Shown here piece after piece: positions 10,077 through 20,375 of a stretch of DNA of 61,209 nt (its first letter is position 1; each line of letters opens with the position of its first letter). The DNA comes from Candidatus Zhuqueibacterota bacterium (GTDB lineage Bacteria; BS750m-G25), in the NCBI GenBank assembly GCA_016783505.1, contig JADHWK010000010.1:1-61209 (forward strand), read 5' to 3'. The notes beneath the pieces were generated by a model. It did no database searches, had not been told where the DNA came from, and saw only the letters and a list, made by a program, of their open reading frames with translations. A program made the position numbers and the translations under genes.

Positions 10077-11057
10077 ATGATTCATATTTGCTTATCTTGT
10101 GATATCAATTATATCCAGCACATGGCTGTTACCATGAGTTCTATCCTGTATAATGAAGATGATAACAGGAAGTTGTTTTTCCACGTCATCCATAATGGCG
10201 GATTGACAGAGGATATTATAAAAAAAATAAATAAATTAACATCCTTAAAACCGTTTCAATTGAATACATACTGCGTGGATGCTGATTTTTATAAACGTTT
10301 GGAAAATGTTCCGGTAAAAGGTCGTTTCACCGAAACCGTTTTATATAGAATCATGGCCCCTTCAATTTTACATGATGTGTCGAAAATTATATATCTGGAT
10401 TCAGACATTGTCGTTACTCAAAACATAAGTGGATTATGGGATATGCCCATGAGAAACCATAGCCTTGCCGCCATTGATAACTTTCCTTTTCCCGATCATA
10501 TGTCCGATGTCGGGATTCCACGGGAAGGACCTTACTTCAACTCCGGTGTCCTCGTTATGGATTTGGAACTTATGAGAAGGGAGGAAACAGAAGGGAAAGC
10601 GATCGATTTTGTAAAGAAGAGCGGGCATTTGTGCAGGGCGCCGGACCAGGATGTATTGAACGCGGTTTTTTACAACGCATATCTTCGGTTGCCGCCGAAA
10701 TACAATGCGCGACACCTTTTTTTCATGCCGTCATTTTATTTAAATAAGAAACTCTATCATGCCGTCAGGCAGTATTATGGAGATGATGATTTCAACGAGG
10801 CCATCAATTCTCCGATAATCATCCACTATGCCGGGCCATCAAAACCATGGCATTATGAGAACAAAAACCGTCTAAAAAGTGAATACTGGAAGTATCTGCG
10901 AATGACACCATGGTCAGAATATCAATTTGATATGAGCTGGGGCAAATTCGTCGAAAAATGGACACCTGAATCGTTTAAATATTACGCCTGGAACTTGATC
11001 ATGCCGGGTGTTTTGAAAAAAGCCATCAAAAAATATGCTCTTACCAATAAGAATTGA
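10077..11057 (+). CDS. Glycosyltransferase family 8
   Basis: IYLDSD, YFNSGVLVMDL, PDQDVLN, IIHYAGPSKPW. Confidence 0.93.
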   Translation: MIHICLSCDINYIQHMAVTMSSILYNEDDNRKLFFHVIHNGGLTEDIIKKINKLTSLKPFQLNTYCVDADFYKRLENVPVKGRFTETVLYRIMAPSILHDVSKIIYLDSDIVVTQNISGLWDMPMRNHSLAAIDNFPFPDHMSDVGIPREGPYFNSGVLVMDLELMRREETEGKAIDFVKKSGHLCRAPDQDVLNAVFYNAYLRLPPKYNARHLFFMPSFYLNKKLYHAVRQYYGDDDFNEAINSPIIIHYAGPSKPWHYENKNRLKSEYWKYLRMTPWSEYQFDMSWGKFVEKWTPESFKYYAWNLIMPGVLKKAIKKYALTNKN

Positions 11058-11209
11058 TATTTTAAGCAACCCCTTAGAACGATCACAGGGGAATGAATCA
11101 CTCGATTACAGGGGTGAATGGCCTGAAGGACAAATACAAATCAGGCATGATAAACGGTCGTGATGAAGAATGTCACATCTCGTCTTGTTACTGTTAAGGA
11201 CAGGCGCCC

Positions 11210-12091
11210 ATGAAGGGATTTAAAACACATATTCAGAAGCTATTTAACATATTTGGTCTGACCTTGGAAGAGTTTTACCAGAAATTTGCCTATTGGTCCA
11301 TATCAAAGGCGAAGAAGCAACAAGCATTATCCGATCTGGTCAACATTTTGCGGAGGATCGTCCCCAATATTGCTAAACAGGAGACTGGGAAAGATAACGG
11401 GTTCCATTCCGGTTGGGAATTGAAAATGAGGGCACAACAAGCATTTCAATGTCTCATCATGATGAGGGCGATTGAAGATATCTCAAAAAAAGAGATCATG
11501 GTTGTCGATATTGGGGATGCCTACGGGACACAGATGCTTTATTTAAAAGAAATAGCAAAAAGAAAACATGAGATTGAAACATTGAGTGTCAACCTGGACC
11601 CTGTGGCAATAAATACAATCCAGGGGCAGGGTCTGACAGCAATTCTGAAAAGGGCGGAAGACATAGAACCGGAAGATGTCAACGGGAATGCAGACTTGAT
11701 CACATTATTCGAAACCATGGAACACCTGAACAACCCCGTCTTTTTTTTACAACGAATGGCTGAAAAATCATTGTGCAATCGAATGCTGGTTACGGTTCCA
11801 TATTTGAGCAAAAGCAGGATGGGATTACATCATATCAGGTCACAATCTCATGACCCATGCTACGCCAGGAATACCCATGTGTTTGAGCTCAATCCGGAGG
11901 ATTGGAGCCTGCTTTTTTTTCATTCGGGATGGAAAGTCATTTACAGCTGGATATATTATCAGTATCCGAGGAAATGGCCCCTTATCAGTGGCCTGTTGCG
12001 ATGGTACTGGCGGAGAGGGGACTATGAGGGATTCTGGGCCGCAATTCTCCAAAAGGATAGTACATATACCGAATTATACAAGGATTCATAA
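11210..12091 (+). CDS. Class I SAM-dependent methyltransferase-like protein
   Basis: VVDIGDAYG (degenerate motif I), LFETMEHLNNP, LVTVP. Confidence 0.7.
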   Translation: MKGFKTHIQKLFNIFGLTLEEFYQKFAYWSISKAKKQQALSDLVNILRRIVPNIAKQETGKDNGFHSGWELKMRAQQAFQCLIMMRAIEDISKKEIMVVDIGDAYGTQMLYLKEIAKRKHEIETLSVNLDPVAINTIQGQGLTAILKRAEDIEPEDVNGNADLITLFETMEHLNNPVFFLQRMAEKSLCNRMLVTVPYLSKSRMGLHHIRSQSHDPCYARNTHVFELNPEDWSLLFFHSGWKVIYSWIYYQYPRKWPLISGLLRWYWRRGDYEGFWAAILQKDSTYTELYKDS

Positions 12092-12099
12092 TAGGGAAG

Positions 12100-13032
12100 G
12101 TGAACGGCCATTGCCGTCTTGTATTTCAAGATTCCAGAGAAAACATGAGAGGACCTGTTAAAAGACTGTTGCGATATGTCGTAAAAAATGATTTTACCTG
12201 GCGAATGATTGACGCGACCATCATACCTTTGTCCAATTATTGCCAGTGGCAGAGAGAGAAGATCAAATTATATCAAAACATGAATATCGATAGGGATGCT
12301 ATAAAATCGCTTTCAGACGAAATGGTCGTTAGAAACGGCCCCTTCAAAGGAATGAAATACCCCAAAATATCTGAAGGCGAAATTATGCTCCTGCCAAATG
12401 GGGGGGGCACATTTTTACCCAAATTGCTGGGTAGTTACGAGAGAGAGATTCAACCGGTCATAGAGAGAATATGTCAAACAGAGTATACAGAAGTAATCGA
12501 TGTCGGTTGCGCTGACGGTTATTATGCGGTGGGCCTGGCCTTAAACATGAAAAGTGCGAGAATCTATGCATTTGACACGGAAGAAAGGGCCCGGGTTTTA
12601 TGCAGAAGATTGGTGAAGGTTAATGGCGTGGGAGACAGCGTTCATGTTCACGGATCATTTTCAAGTGACAGGCTCATTAATTTTCCATTTACCGGAAGGG
12701 GACTCATATTGTGTGATTGCGAGGGGTTTGAAAAGGAGTTATTTACCAAAGAAGTGGTACCTTCCCTGGTAAATTGTGATTTGCTGATTGAGTTACACGA
12801 TTCCATCGATATCAATATATCTTCATATATTCTCAGCCTGTTTTCAAGGACGCATGACCAATTCATCATTGAGAGCATCGATGATATCCGGAAGGCCAAA
12901 ACATACTGTTTTAGTGAACTCGAAGGCTTAAACCTGGAAACAAAAAAATATATTTTACGGGAGAGGAGGGCATCTATCATGGAGTGGGTGTTTCTTCAAT
13001 CCAAACGATCTCGAACAAAGAACGAGCAATAG
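12100..13032 (+). CDS. Class I SAM-dependent methyltransferase (FkbM-like)
   Basis: GPFKGMKY, LGSYERE, IDVGCADGYYAVG, CDCEGFE, IELHD; start may be ATG 12145. Confidence 0.75.
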   Translation: MNGHCRLVFQDSRENMRGPVKRLLRYVVKNDFTWRMIDATIIPLSNYCQWQREKIKLYQNMNIDRDAIKSLSDEMVVRNGPFKGMKYPKISEGEIMLLPNGGGTFLPKLLGSYEREIQPVIERICQTEYTEVIDVGCADGYYAVGLALNMKSARIYAFDTEERARVLCRRLVKVNGVGDSVHVHGSFSSDRLINFPFTGRGLILCDCEGFEKELFTKEVVPSLVNCDLLIELHDSIDINISSYILSLFSRTHDQFIIESIDDIRKAKTYCFSELEGLNLETKKYILRERRASIMEWVFLQSKRSRTKNEQ

Positions 13033-13089
13033 CAAGAATATTGTCTATAAATAACCGCAGTCACGCATCATACTGGCAACGCCGATCAT

Positions 13090-14595
13090 ATGTCTGAAAT
13101 AGTACTCATCAATCCCAGAGTTACCGAAAACCGCTCTTCTTTTAAAGGGGAATACGCTGGGAGAGAGCCGCTTGGTGTATTAGCTCTTGGAAGTTTTTTG
13201 CACGGTAATAAGTATAATGTTGAAATTATTGATGCGAACCTTTATTACGAGAACGACGTTAGAGAGATGTTAGAATCAGTTCTTCACGAGTCAACAATCT
13301 TCGTCGGGTTTTCAGTAATGACTTCCCAGATTCCTCATGCTCTTGAGTTAAGTGATTACTTAAAGAAGGGAGATAAAAAACCATTTATTATATGGGGAGG
13401 AATCCATCCAACACTTTTTCCTAAGCAAACCTCCCTAAACCAAAACGTTGATTTGGTAATTTATGGGCCCGGAGAAGCCACATCACTTGAAGTGGCTAAA
13501 CAAGTTGAGTCAGGCGATTATGATTTTCAACATATTCAGGGGGTTTCAATTGGCGGAAGAATAAATGATGCGCGAGAAAAGGAGGACATAAATACTTTTC
13601 CTTTCTTTAATTATGACCTGCTTGATATCAAAAGATCTCTGAAGCCTTCCCTAGGTGTTTTATTTGGAAAAGACTCAAGGTCGTTAAATATTATATCATC
13701 AAGGGGATGTCCATGGAGATGCACTTTTTGCATTAACTATGCAACCAAAAACAGATGGAGAGGATTAACATCTGAGCGTTTTCTGGACGAATTGGAATAT
13801 CATATCGATAGGTATAAATTGGAAGCTGTTCGCATATTAGATGAGGACTTTTTTGTAAATGAAAAAAGAGTTACGGCTTTTATAGAAGGAATGGAAAAAA
13901 GAGATATTAGAATTAAATGGGGTACAAATGCTCGGGCAAATTACTTCAATGAAAAATATATTACTTTAGACTTTGCGAAAAGATTAAAGAATGTCGGGTG
14001 CAACTTTTTAGGGTTTGGAGCAGAGTCGGGAAGTAATCGAATTTTAAAGCTACTTAAGAAAGATATAAGTACAGGGCAGATATTGCATTCTGCAAAAATA
14101 TGTGCAAATGCAGGTATAAGGCCTCGTTACTCGTGGATGATCGGCATACCTGGACAAAGCAAGGAAGAAATGAAAAGTAATATTTTCTTGATGCGCGAAA
14201 TTAATAAAATCTGCCCTGAGGCTATGCATACTACAAATTGGATATATCGGCCATGGCCCGGCGGAGAGCTATATAATACAGCTAAGAAAGAAGGACTGAA
14301 AGAGCCGAAATCATTATCAGAGTGGGTTAGCTTTGGAGTTGATAAAAAGGATAACACAGGCTCTTATTCAGCAAAGGAGCTTCCTTGGATTGAGGACCAC
14401 ATCTTTGTTGAATTCCTTTCAAGATTCACGCCGCATATTATAGCGCAATTCCCGGAAAGATTGTCGCAGCGTTCCATCGTGGGCAAAATTGTAAAAGTGC
14501 TTTATTGGGCATGGGATTGGAAAATATGGAACTTTTTTGTTAAAACAATTGCCCGCATCCTCAATATCAGTTTTGACAAAAAACACTCCCAATAG
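13090..14595 (+). CDS. B12-binding domain radical SAM protein (class B methyltransferase-like)
   Basis: PLG.L.L, GFSVMT, WGGIHPT (B12 domain); SRGCPWRCTFC (CxxxCxxC); GAESGS; MIGIPG. Confidence 0.9.
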   Translation: MSEIVLINPRVTENRSSFKGEYAGREPLGVLALGSFLHGNKYNVEIIDANLYYENDVREMLESVLHESTIFVGFSVMTSQIPHALELSDYLKKGDKKPFIIWGGIHPTLFPKQTSLNQNVDLVIYGPGEATSLEVAKQVESGDYDFQHIQGVSIGGRINDAREKEDINTFPFFNYDLLDIKRSLKPSLGVLFGKDSRSLNIISSRGCPWRCTFCINYATKNRWRGLTSERFLDELEYHIDRYKLEAVRILDEDFFVNEKRVTAFIEGMEKRDIRIKWGTNARANYFNEKYITLDFAKRLKNVGCNFLGFGAESGSNRILKLLKKDISTGQILHSAKICANAGIRPRYSWMIGIPGQSKEEMKSNIFLMREINKICPEAMHTTNWIYRPWPGGELYNTAKKEGLKEPKSLSEWVSFGVDKKDNTGSYSAKELPWIEDHIFVEFLSRFTPHIIAQFPERLSQRSIVGKIVKVLYWAWDWKIWNFFVKTIARILNISFDKKHSQ

Positions 14596-14731
14596 GATGA
14601 AGATGGCCACACAATGTGAGAGCTTCTTGTGGTCAATTATCCTCTTAATTCAGGCCTTCTGACAAAGAATACGAGAATATTTTGACATGAAAATGAAAGA
14701 GGCATTTTCTTTATAACATCGCAGTAATTAA

Positions 14732-16585
14732 ATGGATCCTCAAATAGAAGAGAAAAGTTTCTATAAATTATCTAAAGAAATCTTCAAAAATATTCCATAT
14801 AAACGAAGAAAACAGTTTTGGTTTATTTTGTGTGGAATGATATTTTGCGCTGGATTTGAAACTGTCACTCTCGGTGCGATAGCATTTTATGCATCCACCA
14901 TTAATGATCCCGGGGCGATATTAGAATCGACCTATATGAAACGGATTCAGGATATAACGGGTTTTACATTTATCAATGACGTTTCAGGCCTCATTATAAT
15001 TCTGAGTGTCGTTGTTATCATCTTGGTATTGATGAAGAACCTCATGCTTACTATGTTAAAATACGTTGTTGCAAAATATACCTTAATGATCAGCCGGCAT
15101 TTTGGAGAATTAATCTTAAATGGTTTTTTGAGGATGCCATATGAATGGCATCTCACACAAAATTCGGCAGATTTGGTACTGGCTGTGCAATGGTCAAGTT
15201 TTTTCGGTGCCTACTCACAACTGGTTCTGAATATAATAAGTGACGCGTTCCTTGTCACCCTTATGATTTCTGCAATAATCACCCTGGAACCTTTACCGTC
15301 ACTGATCGTTTTAGTATTTTTAGGAGGCACTTCAGTAATTATATTTTTTAACGTCAGAAAACTAATCGATAAAAGTGCCTTTCGTTGTGCATCTTCTGAA
15401 GAAGCTATGAATAGATATGCGACAAGATCTTTACACGGAATTAAAGACGTAAAAATATTTGGAAAAGAGATCCCCTTTTTAAAAGCTTTCAGTGATGAGA
15501 TGAAAACGTTTATAAGGATGAGTGCCATAAGAGATGCCATCATTGGTATACCCGCTTATTTATTGGAATCTGTTGGATTTCTTGCCATTACATCTTCGGT
15601 TTGTATAATGATATTTTTAACGAATAAATCAAGTCTCAATATTATGGGAACGATAACGCTACTTGTGGTCGCTGCCTGGAGGATTTTACCCGCGGTTAAA
15701 AGAATGCTGGGAAGCATCAATGTGATGAGATCTTATCTTCCCTATCTGGGGAAAGAATTTAAATATATCGATGAATTTGAGGGTCAACTACAAGAATATC
15801 AACTTAAAACGTTTCTAGAAAGAAGTGCAGGTTTGGGAAAAGTTTTCAAGGAGAATATATGTTTGAAGGAAGTTTATTTCTCTTATAATGGTTCCTTGTC
15901 TTTCGCTCTACAAGATATTGGGCTGACAATAAGAAAGGCGACAACGGTGGGCATTATCGGAGCCTCTGGGGGCGGTAAGAGTACGCTTGTTGACATTTTA
16001 ATAGGGATATTGGCTCCGACAAAAGGTAATGTTATTCTTGATGGAAAGGAAATGGATAAAAGTAGCCTTGCTGAATGGATAGATGCAGTTGGATACGTGC
16101 CACAGACCCCCTATATTTTTGATGGTACCTTAGCACAAAATGTCGCTTTTGGGCTAAGAGATAATGAGATTGAAAGGGAGAAAGTCATTGAATGTTGTCA
16201 AATGGCCGCCATTGATTATCTTGAAGATTTATACAACGGTATCGATTCCTTGATTGGAGAGAGGGGCGTGCGGTTATCCGGTGGACAAAGACAGAGAGTG
16301 GCCATTGCAAGGGCGCTTTATAAGAGTCCTGAAACAATCATCTTTGATGAAGCAACAAGTTCTCTTGACACAAAGAGTGAAAAAGAGATTCAGAAGACCA
16401 TATATAGCCTGAAAAGAAATCACACTCTGATCATTGTTGCTCATCGTTTGAGCACTGTGGAGGATTGCGATTACATCGTTTGGATGGAAAAAGGAAAAGT
16501 AAACAAAGTCGGTAATTCTAAGGATATATTAAGGGAATATTCAAAAGGGGACGATATAGATAATTCGGAATATGAAAATAAGTAA
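14732..16585 (+). CDS. ABC transporter permease/ATPase (MsbA/PglK-like glycan flippase)
   Basis: N-terminal TM helices; Walker A GASGGGKST; signature LSGGQRQR; Walker B IFDEATSSLD; AHRLST. Confidence 0.92.
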   Translation: MDPQIEEKSFYKLSKEIFKNIPYKRRKQFWFILCGMIFCAGFETVTLGAIAFYASTINDPGAILESTYMKRIQDITGFTFINDVSGLIIILSVVVIILVLMKNLMLTMLKYVVAKYTLMISRHFGELILNGFLRMPYEWHLTQNSADLVLAVQWSSFFGAYSQLVLNIISDAFLVTLMISAIITLEPLPSLIVLVFLGGTSVIIFFNVRKLIDKSAFRCASSEEAMNRYATRSLHGIKDVKIFGKEIPFLKAFSDEMKTFIRMSAIRDAIIGIPAYLLESVGFLAITSSVCIMIFLTNKSSLNIMGTITLLVVAAWRILPAVKRMLGSINVMRSYLPYLGKEFKYIDEFEGQLQEYQLKTFLERSAGLGKVFKENICLKEVYFSYNGSLSFALQDIGLTIRKATTVGIIGASGGGKSTLVDILIGILAPTKGNVILDGKEMDKSSLAEWIDAVGYVPQTPYIFDGTLAQNVAFGLRDNEIEREKVIECCQMAAIDYLEDLYNGIDSLIGERGVRLSGGQRQRVAIARALYKSPETIIFDEATSSLDTKSEKEIQKTIYSLKRNHTLIIVAHRLSTVEDCDYIVWMEKGKVNKVGNSKDILREYSKGDDIDNSEYENK

Positions 16586-16697
16586 ATAAGTAAATTGATT
16601 ATTGTCTTTTAAGGAAAAATGGTTGAAGGATTATTAGTATGAATTTTGTTGCGGTTAATATTCTTAGAAATTATTGAAGAATAAAGGATGCCTGTTC

Positions 16698-19067
16698 ATG
16701 ATTAATTTCAGCACAAAAGCTGGGACTTTAGAGGCTTTCAGGCCTCTTCTAAAAAAAAGCAAAATCTGTGAGAGTGTATATTTTACTGTAAATGAGTGGT
16801 CTAACAATTCTCATGAAATTATAAAAAGGATACAGCAAAGATTCTGTCACAGTAATATTATTGTGCGAAGCAGTACACTGAATGAGGATGGGGCTGATAC
16901 GTCCATGGCAGGGAGTTTCCATTCAAGTATGAACATTGATCCATCTTCCAAAAATGAAATAGAAGGTGCTGTAAATCAAGTGATCGAATCTTATGGGAAA
17001 TTGCGCTGTGATCATGATGAAGTCCTTGTTCAGCGCATGATTAATTCTGTCTCAATGAGTGGCGTGATATTTAGCCATGATCTGAATACAGGCGCTCCAT
17101 ATTACGTTGTTAATTATGACGATCTATCGGGAAAGACGGATACAATAACTTCTGGTAACGGTGATACAAGTCGAACCTTGTTAATTTATCGAACTCATAT
17201 ACGTGATCTACAATCTTCCCGGTTCAAGGGGCTTCTGGAAGCCGTTAGGGAAATCGAGGGGTTGTCTTCTTGTCCAGGGCTTGATATTGAATTTGCTGTC
17301 GCAAAAGATGAAACGATCTTCATTTTTCAAATTAGACGATTGGCAGTGCAGGAAAATTGGAATCGTAACATTTCTAATAAAATTGATACGTCACTCAAAG
17401 AAATAGCAGATTTTTTAGGGAATCGATTTCAAGCGAGGCACGGCATTTCAGGGCACATGTCCATCTTTGGCGAAATGCCTGACTGGAATCCTGCAGAAAT
17501 GATTGGCCCAGCACCCCGCCCCTTATCCCGTTCACTTTATGAAAAGCTAATTACGAACAGAATTTGGGCAGAGGCCAGGGCGGAGATGGGGTATCGTGAC
17601 TTGTCCGGAAGGCCTTTAATGGTTAATTTAGGTGGGCGTGTTTATATAGATGTCCGAGAAAGTTTCAACTCCTTTCTGCCCAGTGACCTTGATCCGAAGA
17701 TAGCAGAAAAACTGGTTTGCGCATGGCTTGAGCGATTGAAATCGAACCCTGAATTACATGATAAAATCGAGTTTGAGATTGCCATTACGGGTTATGCTTT
17801 TGATTTTGATCAAAAGATCTACCCTGTTTCTAATGTATTATCGGAGGGAGAAATTGAAAAATTCAAGAAATCACTCAAGAGATTCACTAACAATATTATT
17901 CTTGAAAAACGTGCAGGCATTCGCCAACAGTTAGATAGAATTGAGTATCTTGATAATAGCCGCAAAACGTTACTTAAAAAAAGCTCGCAGAACAACCAAA
18001 TTGAAATAGCAAGAGATTTATTAAATGATTGCAGGATATGGGGAACAAAACCCTTTTCCATTCTCGCCCGCGATGCGTTTATTGCGGAATCTTTTTTACG
18101 CTCCATGGAAGCCGTGAAAATTCTTAAGAGTAAGAGAATAAATTCATTTCGTAGATCAATAAATACAATACTGACGGAATTTTTGATTTCTATGGAAGCT
18201 TTACAAAAGAACGAAATTAAGAAGGAAGAATTTGTCGAGCGTTTCGGCCATTTACGTCCCGGAACTTATGATATTCTTGCAATAAGATATAGTAAACGTG
18301 AAAAGATGGAATCATTTGCTCCCGTTTCATTGGATGCTCATCAAGTTTCAAACCCCTTTGAGTTTTCAGATGTTGAAAAGGCATCGGTTAATCGAGTTCT
18401 GATTAATGAAGGTTTTGAGTTTGACAGCGATGTGCTGTTCGATTTTATTCGGAAAGCCATCTCGGGACGAGAATACTCAAAATTCATATTTTCACGTAAT
18501 ATTAGCGATGCACTTGAATTAATTGCAGAGTGGGGTGTGACAATCGGTTTGAATCGCGAGGAAATTTCTTTTCTTACAATTGATCAAATATTTCAAACTC
18601 TAACTCATACTTTTCATGAACCCATAGAGACTCGTTTACGAAATTTATCAGAGGAAGCGTTTAGGGAATATGAAATTACCCAGGCACTGCGTTTGCCCTA
18701 TCTGATTTCCAGGATAGAAGATATCTATATCGTTCCTTTACTTAAGAGCAGGCCCAACTTTATAACAAAAAAAAGGATGGAATGTCCTTTACATTATCTT
18801 TCAGGACATGAGATTCAATCATCTTGTCCTGATGGTCATATTATATTGACGGAGAGAGCTGATCCCGGACATGACTGGATATTTTTAAATCCAGTAGCAG
18901 GTTTGATTACTAAATATGGTGGTTCTAATTCCCATATGGCAATTAGATGTGCTGAATTGGGTATTCCTGCGGCAATTGGTTGTGGTGAACAATTATTTGA
19001 ATTGCTTCAACAGGCAAACAGGGTTCTGCTGGATTGTGGTTCTAAACTCGTTATCCCTATTCAATAG
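16698..19067 (+). CDS. PPDK/PEP-utilising fold kinase, L-glutamine kinase (Cj1418-like)
   Basis: IVRSS..ED..SMAG, VLVQRMI..SGVIF, LDIEFA..FQIR (ATP-grasp); MPDWNPAEMIG; GHLRPGTYDI; C-terminal phospho-His domain GGSNSHMAIRCAELGIPAAIGCG. Confidence 0.82.
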   Translation: MINFSTKAGTLEAFRPLLKKSKICESVYFTVNEWSNNSHEIIKRIQQRFCHSNIIVRSSTLNEDGADTSMAGSFHSSMNIDPSSKNEIEGAVNQVIESYGKLRCDHDEVLVQRMINSVSMSGVIFSHDLNTGAPYYVVNYDDLSGKTDTITSGNGDTSRTLLIYRTHIRDLQSSRFKGLLEAVREIEGLSSCPGLDIEFAVAKDETIFIFQIRRLAVQENWNRNISNKIDTSLKEIADFLGNRFQARHGISGHMSIFGEMPDWNPAEMIGPAPRPLSRSLYEKLITNRIWAEARAEMGYRDLSGRPLMVNLGGRVYIDVRESFNSFLPSDLDPKIAEKLVCAWLERLKSNPELHDKIEFEIAITGYAFDFDQKIYPVSNVLSEGEIEKFKKSLKRFTNNIILEKRAGIRQQLDRIEYLDNSRKTLLKKSSQNNQIEIARDLLNDCRIWGTKPFSILARDAFIAESFLRSMEAVKILKSKRINSFRRSINTILTEFLISMEALQKNEIKKEEFVERFGHLRPGTYDILAIRYSKREKMESFAPVSLDAHQVSNPFEFSDVEKASVNRVLINEGFEFDSDVLFDFIRKAISGREYSKFIFSRNISDALELIAEWGVTIGLNREEISFLTIDQIFQTLTHTFHEPIETRLRNLSEEAFREYEITQALRLPYLISRIEDIYIVPLLKSRPNFITKKRMECPLHYLSGHEIQSSCPDGHIILTERADPGHDWIFLNPVAGLITKYGGSNSHMAIRCAELGIPAAIGCGEQLFELLQQANRVLLDCGSKLVIPIQ

Positions 19068-19093
19068 CGAGGGATAATAATAAGGGGGCATTA

Positions 19094-19606
19094 ATGGTAC
19101 TCTGGTTAATTGGGCTTTCGGGTGCTGGTAAAACAACTCTGGCAGAGGAAATTGTGTCTTTAGCAAGAAAGGATGTTTCTAACGTTGCATTGATAGATGG
19201 TGATATTATACGTGAATTATTTAGCAATGATCTTGGACACTCGCTTGAAGACCGCAAAAAAAATGCGGATAGAATTTGTCGTCTTTGTAAATTCATGGAT
19301 GATCAACAAATCCACGTTGTATGCGCTATTCTTTCTCTATTTCCAGAATCAAGGGAATGGAATCGAGAAAATATAAGAAACTATTTTGAGGTTTTTATTG
19401 ATGCTCCTTTTGAACACCTTGTTGAAAGAGATTACAAAGGTTTGTATCATAAAGCTCTCAACAATGAAATTAAGGATGTTGCTGGTATGGATATAGAATT
19501 TGCCCAACCAACAAGTTCAGATCTGATTATCAAAAACGATGAAGGGAAAGAAAAATTATTATCATTTGCCCCTATGCTTGCTAACAAAATAATTGGAGAA
19601 AATTAG
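19094..19606 (+). CDS. Adenylylsulfate-kinase-like protein (Cj1415-like cytidine diphosphoramidate kinase candidate)
   Basis: WLIGLSGAGKTT, DGDIIR, RDYKGLY; directly follows the glutamine-kinase-like gene. Confidence 0.85.
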   Translation: MVLWLIGLSGAGKTTLAEEIVSLARKDVSNVALIDGDIIRELFSNDLGHSLEDRKKNADRICRLCKFMDDQQIHVVCAILSLFPESREWNRENIRNYFEVFIDAPFEHLVERDYKGLYHKALNNEIKDVAGMDIEFAQPTSSDLIIKNDEGKEKLLSFAPMLANKIIGEN

Positions 19607-19607
19607 A

Positions 19608-20375
19608 ATGAACTATTCTTACAGTAACGAGAATCGAATAGTTTCACCATGTACCTATATGTATACTCCTTATGAAGGAATATCACTGTTAGAAAGTTAT
19701 TCATCAAACCGTGGTATTTTCCTTAACAAAGGCAGAGAGATAATTCGTAACACGGTTGAAATTGATGCAATGATCAAGGAAATCTTGAATTGTGGAATAA
19801 ATGAATATCTCCAGATTGCAAAAAAAGAGGGTGATGAAAAAGTATCGGACGGATTATCAGGAATTATTAAAGACCATGCATGGCTTGCCGATAATTTTTT
19901 ATTACAAAAAGGCAACTCAGGATTATCCCGAAAAAAGGAAATATTGGAGTCATTTTCTCCTGATAGAAAAGTAGAGACGATGAGTCTCTTGATTTCCTTA
20001 TTTAGCAATATCCTGAGTAATTTAAAACATTCGCCTTTAGTGAAAATGTGGATGGACAGGTTAGTGCAGCGTTTTGAGGTGACAAAAAAGCTTTACGAAA
20101 GATACAAACCAGGATTTCGAAAAGGGGAAGGAAAGAGCGAGCGCCTCATTTTATATGCGCTATTTGCAATGATTTTATCTATTTACTATTATAAAAACAA
20201 GAACTTGAAATACTTGAACGCATTATTGAAAATCAATGACACGCTTATTTCTGTAATTGTTAAATTAGCAGACGTTTACCCCGCAATTTTCATGGCATAC
20301 TTATCGGCATCATGCGAAGACTGTTTTGTCGGAAAGTTAGTAAAAAGCAAGGGGATAATGGATGCCACTATCTGA
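19608..20375 (+). CDS. Hypothetical protein
   Basis: Long ORF with GGAGA RBS before ATG 19608; YMYT, RFEVTKKLY, YLNALLKINDTL segments; overlaps the next gene. Confidence 0.7.
   Translation: MNYSYSNENRIVSPCTYMYTPYEGISLLESYSSNRGIFLNKGREIIRNTVEIDAMIKEILNCGINEYLQIAKKEGDEKVSDGLSGIIKDHAWLADNFLLQKGNSGLSRKKEILESFSPDRKVETMSLLISLFSNILSNLKHSPLVKMWMDRLVQRFEVTKKLYERYKPGFRKGEGKSERLILYALFAMILSIYYYKNKNLKYLNALLKINDTLISVIVKLADVYPAIFMAYLSASCEDCFVGKLVKSKGIMDATI

Noticed and set aside
11080-11119. Imperfect direct repeat CGAT(C/T)ACAGGGG..TGAAT, two copies
   Set aside because: Only two short copies; not a CRISPR array and no function can be supported
16698-19067. Annotation as a central-metabolism PPDK or PEP synthase
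   Set aside because: The phospho-His domain is C-terminal, no pyruvate-binding barrel is evident, and the context fits glutamine kinase
19094-19606. Sulfate-assimilation cysC
   Set aside because: No cysD/cysN/sat nearby and it is embedded in the phosphoramidate-type cassette; not fully excluded given the sulfotransferase-fold gene
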